64,000 bases of DNA from Candidatus Nanopelagicales bacterium (GTDB lineage Bacteria; Actinomycetota; Actinomycetes; S36-B12; UBA10799), in contig JBAOIN010000003.1 of assembly GCA_037045455.1 (NCBI GenBank), forward strand, positions 14,410 to 78,409, in the 5' to 3' direction. Position 1 is the first letter of the stretch; the number at the start of each line of letters is the position of its first letter. The position numbers and the translations under genes were made by a program. The notes beneath the pieces were generated by a model. The model saw nothing but the letters and a program-made list of their open reading frames with translations. It was not told the origin of the DNA and did not search any database. This document shows, in pieces, positions 63,801 to 64,000 of this stretch.

Positions 63801-64000
63801 GCCCGTCACCGTGATTCCTTCGGAAGCCAGGTGGTCCGCGATGCGCCGGGCCAGTGCAGTTGCACCCGGGGTATCGGAATGCAGGCACACCGACTGGGCG
63901 CGCACGGTGAGCAGCCCTCCGGAGATCGTGCGCACTTCGCCCCGGGTGAGGCTGACGACTTGCTCGAGTGCCGCCTCCTCCTGTAGCACCGCCCCCGGAT
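63801..64000 (-). CDS. pxpA: 5-oxoprolinase subunit A (PxpA/LamB family), 3' part only (5' end beyond the window)
   Basis: Translation ...PGAVLQEEAALEQVVSLTRGEVRTISGG...SVCLHSDTPGATALARRIADHLASEGITV resembles LamB/YcsF C-termini. It runs in frame into pxpB with no stop. Confidence 0.65.

Overview
High-GC chromosomal segment from an actinobacterium. Gene order mirrors the Mycobacterium tuberculosis Rv1292-Rv1323 block: argS-lysA-hom-thrC-thrB-rho-rpmE-prfA-prmC-(Sua5/YrdC)-wecA-atpIBEFHAGDC-...-pduO-murA-...-nucS-...-mce-thiolase. I call about 70 protein genes and one tRNA-Arg(CCG). I saw no rRNA, CRISPR, transposase or phage genes. Accessory insertions interrupt the conserved backbone:
- an SDR gene
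- a CoA-binding protein gene
- a PadR plus membrane-protein pair
- a four-gene sugar ABC operon next to an inverted YrdC-only gene and glyA
- a DUF559-type gene bracketed by repeats
- a 4.2-kb block between pduO and murA (orphan secreted/TM protein, membrane alpha/beta-hydrolase, CPBP protease)
- acyl-CoA and ethylmalonyl-CoA pathway genes (hbd, tandem 3HCDH, ccr, mce, thiolase)
- PAS-GGDEF, ABC exporters, ABC-F, USP, WS/DGAT and pxpABC

Two window-wide signals are not explained by ordinary annotation.
1. At least 15 intergenic elements of 46-104 nt form hairpins. They fall into four recurring families plus three singletons, and most abut stop codons.
2. At least 12 single-nucleotide frame disruptions sit in otherwise well-conserved genes, including atpD (2), atpC (2) and murA. 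This points to uncorrected indel errors, or less likely to very recent pseudogenisation.

All family assignments come from motif recognition by eye. No BLAST, HMM or folding was run.
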